NCBI GenBank assembly: GCA_015233115.1
Contig: JADFYJ010000003.1
Location: 104,536-168,535 of the forward strand
Source of the DNA: Candidatus Omnitrophota bacterium
GTDB taxonomy: Bacteria; Omnitrophota; Gorgyraeia; Zapsychrales; Zapsychraceae
Length of the DNA: 64,000 nt
Direction of reading: 5' to 3'
Shown: piece by piece, positions 7,310-17,320 of the stretch
Layout: every line of letters begins with the position of its first letter
Position numbering within the stretch: position 1 is the first letter of the stretch
The notes under the pieces: model-generated
The model's database searches: none
Told to the model about the DNA's origin: nothing
The model's input: the letters and a program-made list of their open reading frames with translations, nothing else
Translations under genes and position numbers: made by a program

Positions 7310-10207
7310 ATGCTTTGGCGTATAGAAATATCTCACAAAGAAGGCGTATTTGACGCGGCGGGGGAAGGCGTCACCAAGTCAGCTATTGATTTGGGAATTG
7401 CGTCTATCCGTAAAGTCGAAGTGACCCAGGTGTATACTCTCGATTGTTCCTTGATTCATGATCAGATCGAAACTGTTTGCCGTGAATTATTGTCAGACCC
7501 GGTTACCCAAAAATTTTCGTTTATTCCTCAAAAAGATTTTGTGCCACCCGTCCAAGGGGATGATTTTCAAGTCATAGAGATAGCGTATAATCCTGGCGTT
7601 ATGGATCCGGTGGAATATTCTGTGATCAAAGGAATTCGGGATCTTGGTCTGGGCGAGGTTAAGAGTGTTAAAACCGCGAAGCAATATCAGGTTTGCGGTC
7701 CGGCTCAGCAAGTGCCGATGTTGGTGACAAAAGTGCTGGCTAATAAATTGATACAGCATCAGGTGAATTATGCTGTTTTGCGTCAGGAACATCCTCCTAC
7801 CATGGGCAACGCGGAGCATGAAGTGATTTTAGTTGATTTGATTAAGGCCAATGACAAACAATTGATGAAATTAAGCCAAGACGGCCAATTGTTTCTTAAT
7901 ATCGACGAAATGAAAGCGATTCAGGCGTATTTTAAAAATATCGGCCGCAATCCTACGGATTGTGAGCTGGAAACTGTGGCGCAGACCTGGAGCGAACATT
8001 GTTTTCATAAAACCTTCCGTGGAAATATCGAATTTGAATATACGGACAAAGGGAAAACGAAAAAACGCATTATAAAAAATTTATTAAAATCAACGATCGT
8101 AAAAGCTACGACGGAATTAGATAAAAAATGGTGTGTGTCCGTATTTCACGACAACGCGGGCGTGATTGAATTTGATAAAGATTCGCATGTGTGTTTTAAA
8201 GTGGAAACGCATAATCATCCTTCGGCATTGGAACCGTTTGGCGGCGCTAACACGGGAATCGGCGGAGTGATCCGGGATATTTTAGGAACCGGATTAGGCG
8301 CGAAACCGATTTGTTCAACAGATGTGTTTTGTTTTGCTCCGCCGGATACGGAATGGAAAGATGTGCCGGCTGGCACCCTGCATCCGAAACGGGTGATGAA
8401 AGGTGTGGTCAGCGGAGTGCGGGATTACGGTAATAAAATGGGAATTCCGACAGTGAACGGCGCTATAGTGTTTGATCCATTGTATATCGGCAATCCGTTG
8501 GTTTATTGCGGGAATGTCGGGATCATGCCGAAAAATAAAGTATTAAAAAAGGTTTATAAGGGCGATTGCATTGTTGTCGTAGGCGGGCGAACTGGCCGCG
8601 ATGGGATTCATGGCGCCACTTTTTCATCTGGCGAATTAACCACGCAATCCGAAGTTGTATCGTCCGGAGCAGTGCAGATCGGCGATCCGATTCAGGAGAA
8701 AAAAGTTTTAGACGCGATGTTGATCGCGCGGGATCGCGGCCTTTATTCAGCTGTGACAGATTGCGGCGCAGGCGGTTTATCGAGCGCAGTCGGTGAGATG
8801 GGACAGGAACTGGGCGCGTGGGTTGATCTGGATAAAGTGCCTTTAAAATATACCGGGCTCAATTATGATGAGATTTGGATTTCCGAGTCGCAAGAACGTA
8901 TGGTTTTCAGCGTGCCGGAAAAAAATGTGGATGAGATGCTGAAAGTGTTCGCGTCGGAAAATGTGGAAGCTGTGGTGATCGGATATTTTACCGGCAAAAA
9001 AAAGCTGGAATTATTTTACAAGGAAACACAAGTTTGTGAATTGGACATGGCTTTTTTACATGACGGAAATCCGCGTATTACCAAGAAGGCACAATGGACC
9101 GCGCCGAAATTAAAAATTAAAAAAAGGCCGGCTAAAATTGATTTAAATGAAAAATTGCTGGAAGTCATGGGGCATTATAATATTTGTTCCAAAGAATGGG
9201 TGATCCGGCAGTATGACCATGAAGTGCAGGGCGGCAGTATTATCAAGCCGTTGGTCGGGCCGCAGTGTGACGGGCCGTCGGACGCGAGTGTGATTACGCC
9301 GAAACTGGGGTCGAAAAAAGGGCTTGCGATTTCTAACGGGATTAATCCGCGTTACAGCATGGTTGATCCATACTGGATGGCGGGCGCGTGCATTGATGAA
9401 GCAGTCCGGCAGATTGTCTGCGTGGGCGGGGCGGTTGACCGCATCGCGATTTTGGATAATTTTTGCTGGGGCAATCCGGATAAGCCGGATCGGTTAGGCT
9501 CTTTGGTCCGCGCCGCTGAAGGGTGTTATAAATTCGCGGTAGCTTATGGTGTGCCGTTTATTTCCGGTAAAGATAGTTTGTACAACGAATACGCGCAAAA
9601 TAAAAAGACTATCGCGATCCCCGGGACGCTTTTGATTTCCGCCATCGGTATTGTTGAGGATGTGACCAAAACTGTGACCATGAATTTTAAAAAACCCGGC
9701 AGTTTGATTTATGCTGTGGGCCTCACTCAGGATGAATTGGGCGGTTCAGTTTATTTGGACACGTTGGGAGACCTTGGTGTTGATGTGCCAAAGGTTAATC
9801 CAAAGCAAGCCATGAAAACATTTAAAGCTTTAAACCAGGCCGTATCAAAAGGGTTAGTGAATGCCATGCATGATTGTTCAGACGGCGGTTTGGCGGTTAC
9901 GCTCGCGGAAATGGCGTTTGGTGGAAAATTAGGGGTGACCGCGCGCTTGGATTACGTGCCGTATCGCGGTACAGACAAACGGGATGACACCATTTTGTTT
10001 TCCGAGACAGCATCAAGATTTGTGGCAGAAGTATTGCCTGAAAATAAAAAGGCATTTGAAGCAGCGTTAAAAGGGGTGCCATGCAAAGTGATTGGCAAGG
10101 TCGAGAGCACTCCGGAATTTGTGATTTATGGGCTTAAACATAATGTGGTGGTTAACCTTTTTATCCAAGACCTTTGTGAGGCTTGGAAACAACCCTTAAG
10201 GTGGTAA
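7310..10207 (+). CDS. purL: Phosphoribosylformylglycinamidine synthase, PurS-PurL fusion
   Basis: 965 aa; N-terminal ~80 aa PurS-like, then FGAM synthase II core (AIR-synthase-like repeated domains, GDPIQEKK). Confidence 0.85.
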   Translation: MLWRIEISHKEGVFDAAGEGVTKSAIDLGIASIRKVEVTQVYTLDCSLIHDQIETVCRELLSDPVTQKFSFIPQKDFVPPVQGDDFQVIEIAYNPGVMDPVEYSVIKGIRDLGLGEVKSVKTAKQYQVCGPAQQVPMLVTKVLANKLIQHQVNYAVLRQEHPPTMGNAEHEVILVDLIKANDKQLMKLSQDGQLFLNIDEMKAIQAYFKNIGRNPTDCELETVAQTWSEHCFHKTFRGNIEFEYTDKGKTKKRIIKNLLKSTIVKATTELDKKWCVSVFHDNAGVIEFDKDSHVCFKVETHNHPSALEPFGGANTGIGGVIRDILGTGLGAKPICSTDVFCFAPPDTEWKDVPAGTLHPKRVMKGVVSGVRDYGNKMGIPTVNGAIVFDPLYIGNPLVYCGNVGIMPKNKVLKKVYKGDCIVVVGGRTGRDGIHGATFSSGELTTQSEVVSSGAVQIGDPIQEKKVLDAMLIARDRGLYSAVTDCGAGGLSSAVGEMGQELGAWVDLDKVPLKYTGLNYDEIWISESQERMVFSVPEKNVDEMLKVFASENVEAVVIGYFTGKKKLELFYKETQVCELDMAFLHDGNPRITKKAQWTAPKLKIKKRPAKIDLNEKLLEVMGHYNICSKEWVIRQYDHEVQGGSIIKPLVGPQCDGPSDASVITPKLGSKKGLAISNGINPRYSMVDPYWMAGACIDEAVRQIVCVGGAVDRIAILDNFCWGNPDKPDRLGSLVRAAEGCYKFAVAYGVPFISGKDSLYNEYAQNKKTIAIPGTLLISAIGIVEDVTKTVTMNFKKPGSLIYAVGLTQDELGGSVYLDTLGDLGVDVPKVNPKQAMKTFKALNQAVSKGLVNAMHDCSDGGLAVTLAEMAFGGKLGVTARLDYVPYRGTDKRDDTILFSETASRFVAEVLPENKKAFEAALKGVPCKVIGKVESTPEFVIYGLKHNVVVNLFIQDLCEAWKQPLRW

Positions 10208-10211
10208 AATT

Positions 10212-10916
10212 ATGGTCGAGTCTAAGTTGGCTAAGAAAGTACCTGATTTTCAGATGGAAGATCCCTGGCGTGTATTTCGTATTATGTCAGAATTTGTTTA
10301 TGGATTTGAGCATTTGTCCATGCTGGGGCCGGCTGTCACGGTATTTGGTTCGGCGAGGACAAAAAGCGAAGATAAAATGTATAAATTAGCGGAAAAGGTA
10401 TCCAAGCAATTAGCGGAAAAAGGTTATACGATAATTACCGGCGGAGGCCCGGGCATTATGGAAGCCGGAAATAAAGGCGCTTGCGAGGGCGGCGGCATTT
10501 CTGTGGGCTTAAATATTGAACTTCCGTTTGAACAAAAACCAAATCCTTATATCAACCACTTGGTCAATTTTCATTACTTCTTTTGCCGAAAAGTGATGTT
10601 TTTAAAATACGCGTGGGCCGTTATTATTTTCCCCGGCGGTTATGGGACTATGGATGAGCTGTTTGAATGTTTGACTTTGGTGCAGACGGAGCGTATTGAG
10701 ACTGTGCCGGTTATTTTTATGGGTCGGGATTTTTGGACCGGACTTATTAGCTGGATGGATGAACAACTGGTGGGGAATCAGAAGATCGAAGCCAAGGATC
10801 TGAAAGTGTTTAACGTGGTCGACACGGCTGAAGAAGCTGTTCTTATAGTCGATAAATTTTGTAAGCAAGAAGCAAAACGCAGAAAAATCAAAAAAAGCAC
10901 ATGGAAAAACATATAA
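10212..10916 (+). CDS. LOG-family protein (TIGR00730 Rossmann fold; nucleotide 5'-monophosphate nucleosidase-like)
   Basis: Motifs GGGPGIMEAGNKGA and PGGYGTMDELFE; embedded between purL and purQ. Confidence 0.7.
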   Translation: MVESKLAKKVPDFQMEDPWRVFRIMSEFVYGFEHLSMLGPAVTVFGSARTKSEDKMYKLAEKVSKQLAEKGYTIITGGGPGIMEAGNKGACEGGGISVGLNIELPFEQKPNPYINHLVNFHYFFCRKVMFLKYAWAVIIFPGGYGTMDELFECLTLVQTERIETVPVIFMGRDFWTGLISWMDEQLVGNQKIEAKDLKVFNVVDTAEEAVLIVDKFCKQEAKRRKIKKSTWKNI

Positions 10917-11734
10917 AAGTTTTAGTCCTGCGCACAGCAGGCACAAATTGCAACGGTGAAATGGCCAATGCTTTTGAGCATTTTGGCGCTCAAGTGGACC
11001 AGGTTCATATCAAGCGCTTGCGTCAGCATGAAATTTTGCTGAAGGATTATCATATTTTAGCTATTCCCGGCGGATTTACTTACGGCGATGATATTGAATC
11101 AGGCCGGATTTTGGCTAATGAATTGCGCTTGCATCTGGGAAAAGATTTGGCTCAATTTATTCAGGATAAAAAATTGATTATCGGCATATGCAACGGATTT
11201 CAGATTTTAGTTAAAGCGGGAATATTGCCCGGAAATTTGGATAAAGGACAATCTTCCATGGAAGAAGGATTTAAGCAGTCTTCGACTTTGACGAATAATG
11301 ATTCCGGAAAATTTGAAGATCGTTGGACTTATTTGAAGGTTGCCGGCGAAAGTGTATGGACGAAAAATTTATCGCCTGTCGTATATTTTCCGGTCGCGCA
11401 CGCGGAAGGCAAATTTATTCCCATGAGTGAGGACGTATTACAGGGATTAAAGCATAATCAGCAGATCGCGTTTACTTATTGTTCGGCTCAGGGAGGAGAG
11501 CCTGTTTATCCGGAAAACCCCAATGGATCGACTCTGCATATCGCGGGCATTACAGATGTGACTGGGAGGATCTTAGGCTTGATGCCGCATCCGGAACGCC
11601 ATTTTTATTTTGAAAACAGTCCTAATTGGAATGGACAGGCTAAAAAAAATAAATTAGGCGATGGCGCGCAGATTTTTAAAAATGGCGTGGAGTACGTGCG
11701 CAATACTTTATTAAGTAACCGAGTAACCGAGTGA
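10901..11734 (+). CDS. purQ: Phosphoribosylformylglycinamidine synthase glutaminase subunit
   Basis: KVLVLRTAGTNCNGE, catalytic GICNGFQIL, HPER; last codons (LSNRVTE-TGA) lie inside the GTAACCGA repeat array. Confidence 0.8.
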   Translation: MEKHIKVLVLRTAGTNCNGEMANAFEHFGAQVDQVHIKRLRQHEILLKDYHILAIPGGFTYGDDIESGRILANELRLHLGKDLAQFIQDKKLIIGICNGFQILVKAGILPGNLDKGQSSMEEGFKQSSTLTNNDSGKFEDRWTYLKVAGESVWTKNLSPVVYFPVAHAEGKFIPMSEDVLQGLKHNQQIAFTYCSAQGGEPVYPENPNGSTLHIAGITDVTGRILGLMPHPERHFYFENSPNWNGQAKKNKLGDGAQIFKNGVEYVRNTLLSNRVTE

Positions 11735-12037
11735 CAGAGAAAAAGCGTTTGGTGTAAAAAAAGCCGATGCGAGATAACAATAAAAAACGACTGCAAAAAG
11801 TAATAATCAATACTTAAGAGCAGAGACTAGTAATTTTTTCTGAAAAGTGTTTTAATGACATCCATTTTTATAATTTAGTTTATATTGTTATAAATTTATC
11901 GAATTTTTTTGTTATTGTTTTTTTTCGTCTATTTGTTTTAACTTTTTATTTTTAAATTTTATGTTTTTAAATAGCATTTTATTTTTTTGTTTTTACTCTG
12001 TTACTTGGTTACTCGGTTACTCGGTTACTCTGTCACT
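11714..12037 (+). repeat. Intergenic inverted-repeat cassette (GTRACMRA family), purQ-purM
   Basis: L 11714-11739 AGTAACCGAGTAACCGAGTGACAGAG + AAAAAGCGTTTGG; R 11993-12037 TACTCTGTTACTTGGTTACTCGGTTACTCGGTTACTCTGTCACTT. Confidence 0.8.
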
Positions 12038-12063
12038 TAACTGTAATGATTAAAGGAATTTCT

Positions 12064-13068
12064 ATGACTACCAGTATTACATATAAAACCAGCGGTGTAG
12101 ATATTGATAAGGCCAATCAATTTGTCGATAATATTGGGACGCATGTGAAAAGTACGTTTGTGAAAGGCGTGATGACCCGAAAGGGGTCATTCGGCGCTTT
12201 GTTTGGGCTGGATACTAAAAAATATAAAGAGCCGGTTATGGTGTCCTCGACAGATGGGGTTGGAACGAAACTACTGATTGCCAAAGCATTGAACAAGCAT
12301 GATACTGTCGGCATTGATCTCGTGGCTATGAATGTGAATGATATTTTGTGTGTCGGCGCAAAGCCCTTGTTCTTTTTGGATTATATCGCGTGCGGTAAAG
12401 TTGATGTTAAGATTTTGACGGATGTGGTTAAGGGAATTGCGGATGGCTGCCGTCAATCAGGGTGCGCTTTAATCGGTGGAGAAACCGCGGAAATGCCGGG
12501 GATGTACGCGGCGGATGATTATGATTTGGCTGGATTTACCGTGGGCGTGGTTGAGAAAGCTAAGATTGTGGATGGTTCGAAAATTAAAGCCGGAGATGTT
12601 TTATTCGGATTGCCTTCTACCGGCGCGCATTCGAACGGATATTCTATGGTGCGAAAAGTTTTGTCTTTGTCTGACATGAAAAAGATGAGGGACGCGGTTT
12701 TGGCGCCCACAAAAATATATGCCAAGGAAGTGGAAGCGGCGTGTGCGAAGTTTAATGTGAAGGGGATGGCGCATATTACCGGCGGCGCGTATTATGAAAA
12801 ATTGCCTCGAATATTGCCTAAGGGTTTGTGCGCGAAGGTGAATACGTCCAGTTGGGATGTGCCAGAGCTATTTAAAATGATTCAGAAAAAAGGCAATGTG
12901 GCCAAGAGTGAGATGTATCGCACATTTAATATGGGTATTGGGTATGTGTTTGTGATCGCTAAAAAAGACGCGGAGCAATTTGGCAAATTTTTGAAAGCGA
13001 AAAAAATTGTGTATCATATTATTGGTGAAGTTATTAAAGATAGTAAACAAAGGGTTATTTTAGAGTAA
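12064..13068 (+). CDS. purM: Phosphoribosylformylglycinamidine cyclo-ligase (AIR synthase)
   Basis: SGVDIDKANQFV..., AIR synthase fold; start 12064 chosen (AAAGGA RBS 6 nt upstream) over ORF-track 12046. Confidence 0.85.
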   Translation: MTTSITYKTSGVDIDKANQFVDNIGTHVKSTFVKGVMTRKGSFGALFGLDTKKYKEPVMVSSTDGVGTKLLIAKALNKHDTVGIDLVAMNVNDILCVGAKPLFFLDYIACGKVDVKILTDVVKGIADGCRQSGCALIGGETAEMPGMYAADDYDLAGFTVGVVEKAKIVDGSKIKAGDVLFGLPSTGAHSNGYSMVRKVLSLSDMKKMRDAVLAPTKIYAKEVEAACAKFNVKGMAHITGGAYYEKLPRILPKGLCAKVNTSSWDVPELFKMIQKKGNVAKSEMYRTFNMGIGYVFVIAKKDAEQFGKFLKAKKIVYHIIGEVIKDSKQRVILE

Positions 13069-13329
13069 CCAAGTAACCAAGTAACCGAGTAACCGAGTGA
13101 CAGAGAAAAAGCGGTTGGATTGAGAAATTAATAAATAAAAACTACGGGAAAAATAAAAAATTTAGAACAAGAGAAGCAGATAAAAAATGTGTGATTTTGT
13201 TGGTTTATTGGCATTAAATTTTATGCTTTATCGTTGTTAATGTGTTGTGCTGTTACGGTTTTTTTATTTTTTTAGCATTCGTTTTTTGTTTTTACTTTGT
13301 TACTCGGTTACTTGGTTACTCTGTCACTT
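13064..13329 (+). repeat. Intergenic inverted-repeat cassette (GTRACMRA family), purM-purD
   Basis: L 13064-13105 (GTAACCAA x2, GTAACCGA x2, GTGACAGA) + AAAAAGCGGTTGG; R 13295-13329 CTTTGTTACTCGGTTACTTGGTTACTCTGTCACTT; right side also has CATTCGTTTTTT (reverse complement of box variant). Confidence 0.8.
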
Positions 13330-13347
13330 AATGATTAAAGGATTTAT

Positions 13348-14634
13348 ATGAAGATAATGGTAATTGGCTCTGGCGGTCGGGAGCATACGATAGTTTGGAA
13401 ATTGAAGCAAAGCCTTAAGGTGGAGCAGATTTTTTGCGCGCCGGGAAATGGCGGCATTGCGCAGTTAGCTACTTGCGTTGATATTAAGGTGGAGGATATT
13501 AACGGGCTTTTAAATTTTGCTCAGAAAGAAAAGATTGATCTAACCGTCGTGGGTCCGGAAACGCCTTTGGTGGCTGGGATTGTTGATGCGTTTGAGAAAA
13601 AGGGGTTTAAAATTTTTGGGCCTTCGAAGTCGGCGGCGCAGTTGGAGGGGAGTAAGATTTTCGCGAAGATGTTTATGGCGGAAGAGGATATTCCGACAGC
13701 TATATTTGCGACATTTGATCAGATCAAAGACGCAAAGATATATTTGAAAAAAAATAAATTTCCGGTAGTGTTAAAGGCGGATGGGTTGGCGGCAGGCAAA
13801 GGTGTAGTGATTTGTCAGAATGAGCAGGAGGCTTTTGCGGCGTTAGATCAGATCATGGGAGAAAAAATTTTCAAAGATGCCGGGTCTAAAGTTGTCATTG
13901 AGGAATTTTTGCAAGGCGAAGAAGTTTCGGTTTTAGCGATCTGTGATGGTGATCATTTCGTTATGCTGGAATCTTCCCAGGATCATAAAAGGGCATTTGA
14001 TCAGGATCAGGGCCCGAATACCGGAGGGATGGGCGCGTATTCGCCGGCACCGGTTTTGAAAGAAGGCTCGAATGAAAAAGAAGCCTATGCTATTATTGAA
14101 CAAACGATCAAGGGGATGAAAAAAAGCGGCAGGCCGTTTAAAGGTGTGTTGTACGCGGGTTTAATGATTACAGCCAAGGGCGTAAAAGTTTTGGAATATA
14201 ATGTGCGGTTTGGTGATCCGGAGACTCAGGTGATTTTGCCGCGCTTGAAAAATGATTTTGTGGATTTGATGCTGGCTTCGTGTGAAGGACATTTGGACCA
14301 AATAAAATTGGAATGGGATCCTCGTTCTGCGGTGTGTGTGGTGATGGCCGCGAAAGGATACCCCGGCGATTACGCGAAAGGTTTGAAGATTAGCGGGTTG
14401 GATCAGGCGGCCTTAGTGAATGATGCTATGGTATTTCACGCTGGGACAGTGAAAAAGGGCGATGATATTTTAACGGCAGGCGGACGGGTTTTGGGTGTGA
14501 CGGCATTGGGTGATGGCATTAAAAAAGCGATAGATAGCGCTTACGAAGCGGTGCAGATGATTCAATGGGATGGGTGTTTTTATCGTCGAGATATAGGATA
14601 TCGCGCATTGGAACGTCTGAAAAATGGTATGTAG
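13348..14634 (+). CDS. purD: Phosphoribosylamine-glycine ligase
   Basis: MKIMVIGSGGREHTIVWKL, ATP-grasp; AAAGGA RBS. Confidence 0.85.
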   Translation: MKIMVIGSGGREHTIVWKLKQSLKVEQIFCAPGNGGIAQLATCVDIKVEDINGLLNFAQKEKIDLTVVGPETPLVAGIVDAFEKKGFKIFGPSKSAAQLEGSKIFAKMFMAEEDIPTAIFATFDQIKDAKIYLKKNKFPVVLKADGLAAGKGVVICQNEQEAFAALDQIMGEKIFKDAGSKVVIEEFLQGEEVSVLAICDGDHFVMLESSQDHKRAFDQDQGPNTGGMGAYSPAPVLKEGSNEKEAYAIIEQTIKGMKKSGRPFKGVLYAGLMITAKGVKVLEYNVRFGDPETQVILPRLKNDFVDLMLASCEGHLDQIKLEWDPRSAVCVVMAAKGYPGDYAKGLKISGLDQAALVNDAMVFHAGTVKKGDDILTAGGRVLGVTALGDGIKKAIDSAYEAVQMIQWDGCFYRRDIGYRALERLKNGM

Positions 14635-14655
14635 TATGTGTGATTCATTCTGTAA

Positions 14656-14782
14656 GGCGCGCGGTAGGGCGGTTTGCATTTAAACCAAATCATTCGCTCA
14701 AACAGCAGCTCCTAAGCGGAGCTGAACTCGCTCGGTGATTCGGTTTAAACACAAACCTTGTGTATGGGGCACGCGGTTTGGA
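14656..14782 (+). repeat. Structured palindromic element, copy C
   Basis: Same family; apex CAGCTCC-TAAGC-GGAGCTG; upstream of purE. Confidence 0.8.
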
Positions 14783-14836
14783 GATGTACGCGAAGATTAA
14801 TGATTACAGGAAATATTTGAAGATAGAGGAGGGCGT

Positions 14837-15325
14837 ATGGGCGACATCAAAGTGGCTGTACTTATGGGAAGTAAGAATGACCTGACTATTATGGAGGACA
14901 CGATTAAAACTTTGAAGGAGTTTGGGGTCGGGTATGAAGCCAAAGTTCTGTCCGCGCACCGCACTCCTAAGGAAACAGTGGATTACGCGGAAAAATTAAA
15001 AAACCGCGGAGTTAAGGTGGTTATTTGCGGGGCAGGCGCTTCAGCGGCTTTGGCTGGTACAGTGGCTGCGCATACTGATCTTCCCGTATTTGGAGTGCCA
15101 ATTGACGCGACTTGTTTTCATGGCTGGGACGCGTTATTATCAACTGTTCAAATGCCGCCAGGAGTTCCGGTCGCGGCTTTAGGGGTCGGAAAAATGGGAG
15201 CTAAAAATGCGGCTTTGATGGCGTTACGAATTTTAGCTTTACAGGATGTTAAGATAGCTGATAAGTTAGGAGTATTTAAAGAAGAACAGCGTAAGAGTAT
15301 TCTGGATACTCAGATTGATCTGTGA
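14837..15325 (+). CDS. purE: N5-CAIR mutase / AIR carboxylase catalytic subunit
   Basis: VAVLMGSKNDL...LSAHRTP PurE signature; GAGGAGGG RBS. Confidence 0.85.
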   Translation: MGDIKVAVLMGSKNDLTIMEDTIKTLKEFGVGYEAKVLSAHRTPKETVDYAEKLKNRGVKVVICGAGASAALAGTVAAHTDLPVFGVPIDATCFHGWDALLSTVQMPPGVPVAALGVGKMGAKNAALMALRILALQDVKIADKLGVFKEEQRKSILDTQIDL

Positions 15326-16380
15326 AAACTAAAGTATTAAAAATCCATTCAGATTTTCCGGAAAAAGCTGCGATCGCAGAGGCGGCGCAGGCGTTACGCG
15401 CGGGAAAAGTGGTCATTTTTCCGACGGAAACTGTATACGGCGTTGGAGTGGATTGCCGCAATCCGCAAGCTGTGAGGCGGTTAAGAACGATCAAGCGCAG
15501 GGCCGATGATAAACCGTTCGCCCTCTTGCTTCCGTATGTGGAAAGCGCGGGACGGCATACAGCGGAATCAGCTGGTTTGTATAAGCTATTGTCAAAATAT
15601 TGGCCGGGACCATTGACTGTGGTTGTGCCGGATAAGCATGGTGGAACAATAGGGCTGAGGATGCCGAGGCACGCGGTCGCTTTGAGTTTAATCCGTGAAG
15701 CCGGGTGTGATATTGCGGCTCCGTCCGCTAATTTTGAAGGGCATCCTCCGCCGGTCAATTGTAGTCAAGCCTTACGGGACCTGGACGGGTTGGTAGATTT
15801 GGCGATTGATGGCGGAGAAGCAGAAGAGGGGCAAAGTTCTACTGTAGTGGATCTGACTTTATCAGCACCAAAGATTTTACGGACAGGCGGCATAACGCTA
15901 GAGGACATTCAGCTGACCATGAAAACGAAAATTATTTTGTTTGTCTGCACCGGAAACAGTTGCCGATCGGTGATGGCGGAATATTTGCTTAAGGATGCTT
16001 TGAAAAAAGCCGGCCGTAAGGATGTGGAGGTTTTATCAGCCGGGACCAGCGTTTTTTTGCGGGCACCGGCTACACAGCATACGTTAGATGTACTCAATAC
16101 GCAGGGAATCGATGCCAGCGAACATATTTCTCAGCCAGTGGATAGTTTACTTTTGAAGAAAGCGGATCTTATTTTGACTATGACGAATAGTCATCGCCAG
16201 CAAATTATTGAAAAAATTCCGGAAGTAGCGGCCAGAGTTTATTTGTTAAGGGAATTTTCAGAGCGGGTTCAGGGCGGGCCGTTGGATGTCGAAGATCCTA
16301 TGGGCGGAACTGTTCAAGACTACGCGATGTGTATGAGCATGATTAAGGACGCGGTAAATAAGATTGTGGGACTAATTTAG
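15322..16380 (+). CDS. Fusion of L-threonylcarbamoyladenylate synthase (TsaC/YrdC) and LMW protein phosphatase (YwlE-like)
   Basis: N-terminal YrdC motif VIFPTETVYGVGVD; C-terminal LMW-PTP P-loop FVCTGNSCRSVMAEYL with downstream DVEDPMGG (DP motif); followed by rpiB and glyA as in Firmicute ywlC-ywlE-ywlF-glyA. Confidence 0.7.
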   Translation: MKTKVLKIHSDFPEKAAIAEAAQALRAGKVVIFPTETVYGVGVDCRNPQAVRRLRTIKRRADDKPFALLLPYVESAGRHTAESAGLYKLLSKYWPGPLTVVVPDKHGGTIGLRMPRHAVALSLIREAGCDIAAPSANFEGHPPPVNCSQALRDLDGLVDLAIDGGEAEEGQSSTVVDLTLSAPKILRTGGITLEDIQLTMKTKIILFVCTGNSCRSVMAEYLLKDALKKAGRKDVEVLSAGTSVFLRAPATQHTLDVLNTQGIDASEHISQPVDSLLLKKADLILTMTNSHRQQIIEKIPEVAARVYLLREFSERVQGGPLDVEDPMGGTVQDYAMCMSMIKDAVNKIVGLI

Positions 16381-16381
16381 G

Positions 16382-16569
16382 GTATGTAGTATGTGGTATG
16401 TGGTGGAAAAAAGAGTATAAAAAAGAGAAACGCATAAAAGGAGTTATTGATGAGAAGGGAATTGGCTAAAAATTTTAAATAAGATGTAAATAAAGTATAT
16501 CTAATAACTTTTTTTGTGTTTATAAATAAATTTTGTTTACTACATACGACATACTACGAACTACATACT
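16382..16569 (+). repeat. Intergenic inverted-repeat cassette (GTATGTN heptamer family), tsaC-fusion to rpiB
   Basis: L 16382-16407 GTATGTAGTATGTGGTATGTGGTGG; R 16538-16569 TACTACATACGACATACTACGAACTACATACT. Confidence 0.8.
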
Positions 16570-16585
16570 TGTCGAAAGGAATATT

Positions 16586-17038
16586 ATGAAGGTTTATATT
16601 GGCGCGGATCACCGCGGGTTTGATTATAAAGAAAAAATTAAAAAAATTCTCGAGAATTTGGGGAATGAGGTATTTGATGTTGGCACGAATGACCCGGAAT
16701 GTAGTTGTGATTATCCGCGGTTTGCGTATGAAGTCGCGTCTAAGGTGGCGAAATTCAAGAATTCCCGTGGCGTGTTGATTTGCATGTCTGGCATTGGCCA
16801 GTCTATCGCGGCGAACAAAGTTAAAGGCGCGTACGCGGCTTTGGTTTATAGTATTGAATCGGCTCGATTATCACGGATGCATAACAATGCTAATATTTTG
16901 GTGATCGGAGTAAATTCGATTAAAGCGAAAGATTTAAAAACAGTGGTCGAAGTATGGATGAACGAAAAATTTGAAGGTGGCCGCCATCTGCGCCGTTTTA
17001 ATTTGGTTAAGAAAATTGAAGCAGGAAAAATAATTTAG
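16586..17038 (+). CDS. rpiB: Ribose-5-phosphate isomerase B
   Basis: MKVYIGADHRGFDYKE, RpiB/LacAB fold; AAAGGA RBS. Confidence 0.85.
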   Translation: MKVYIGADHRGFDYKEKIKKILENLGNEVFDVGTNDPECSCDYPRFAYEVASKVAKFKNSRGVLICMSGIGQSIAANKVKGAYAALVYSIESARLSRMHNNANILVIGVNSIKAKDLKTVVEVWMNEKFEGGRHLRRFNLVKKIEAGKII

Positions 17039-17041
17039 TTA

Positions 17042-17292
17042 AGTAACAGAGTAACCGAGTAACCGAGTTAAAAGAAAAAAGTGATTGGTTTAAAAGGCGA
17101 TATACACGATTGACGGGAAAACGGTAATGGCGGCTTAAAATAATTGATTACGTAGACGATTAAAGAAAATTTTAACGATATAATACAAATTACTTTTTGT
17201 TCGTCTTTTGTCTTTTTAAAATTATATTTGTGATTTGTGTTTTATTTATTTTGTTACTCTGTCACTCGGTTACTCGGTCACTTTGTTACTTT
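17042..17292 (+). repeat. Intergenic inverted-repeat cassette (GTRACMRA family), rpiB-glyA
   Basis: L 17042-17068 + AAAAGAAAAAAGTGATTGG; R 17251-17292 TTGTTACTCTGTCACTCGGTTACTCGGTCACTTTGTTACTT. Confidence 0.8.
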
Positions 17293-17320
17293 ATAAAGTT
17301 AATTTAAAACGGAGAATTAT

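Noticed and set aside
7159-7353. Short + strand ORFs over structured-element copies (7159-7353; N-terminal part of the 52644 ORF)
   Set aside because: Their 'coding' sequence is the palindromic repeat itself (translating to ...RSNSSSEAELNSL... in several copies). The accD start at 52776 has a proper RBS.
10183-10389. 68-aa ORF spanning the purL stop / LOG start
   Set aside because: It is out of frame with two well-supported genes; treated as an artefact.
14635-14836. Purine or ZTP riboswitch upstream of purE / pur genes and glyA
   Set aside because: No match to the purine-riboswitch or ZTP conserved cores. The spacers are occupied by the structured repeat and octamer cassettes instead.
15276-15758. 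Minus-strand ORFs in the track (160 aa at 15276-15758, 162 aa at 57115-57603, 161 aa at 48136-48621, 139 aa at 53069-53488 and others)
   Set aside because: Each lies entirely inside a well-supported + strand gene (purE/tsaC, GGDEF, dnaK, accD), shows no motifs, and no other - strand gene exists in the window. These are spurious antisense ORFs.
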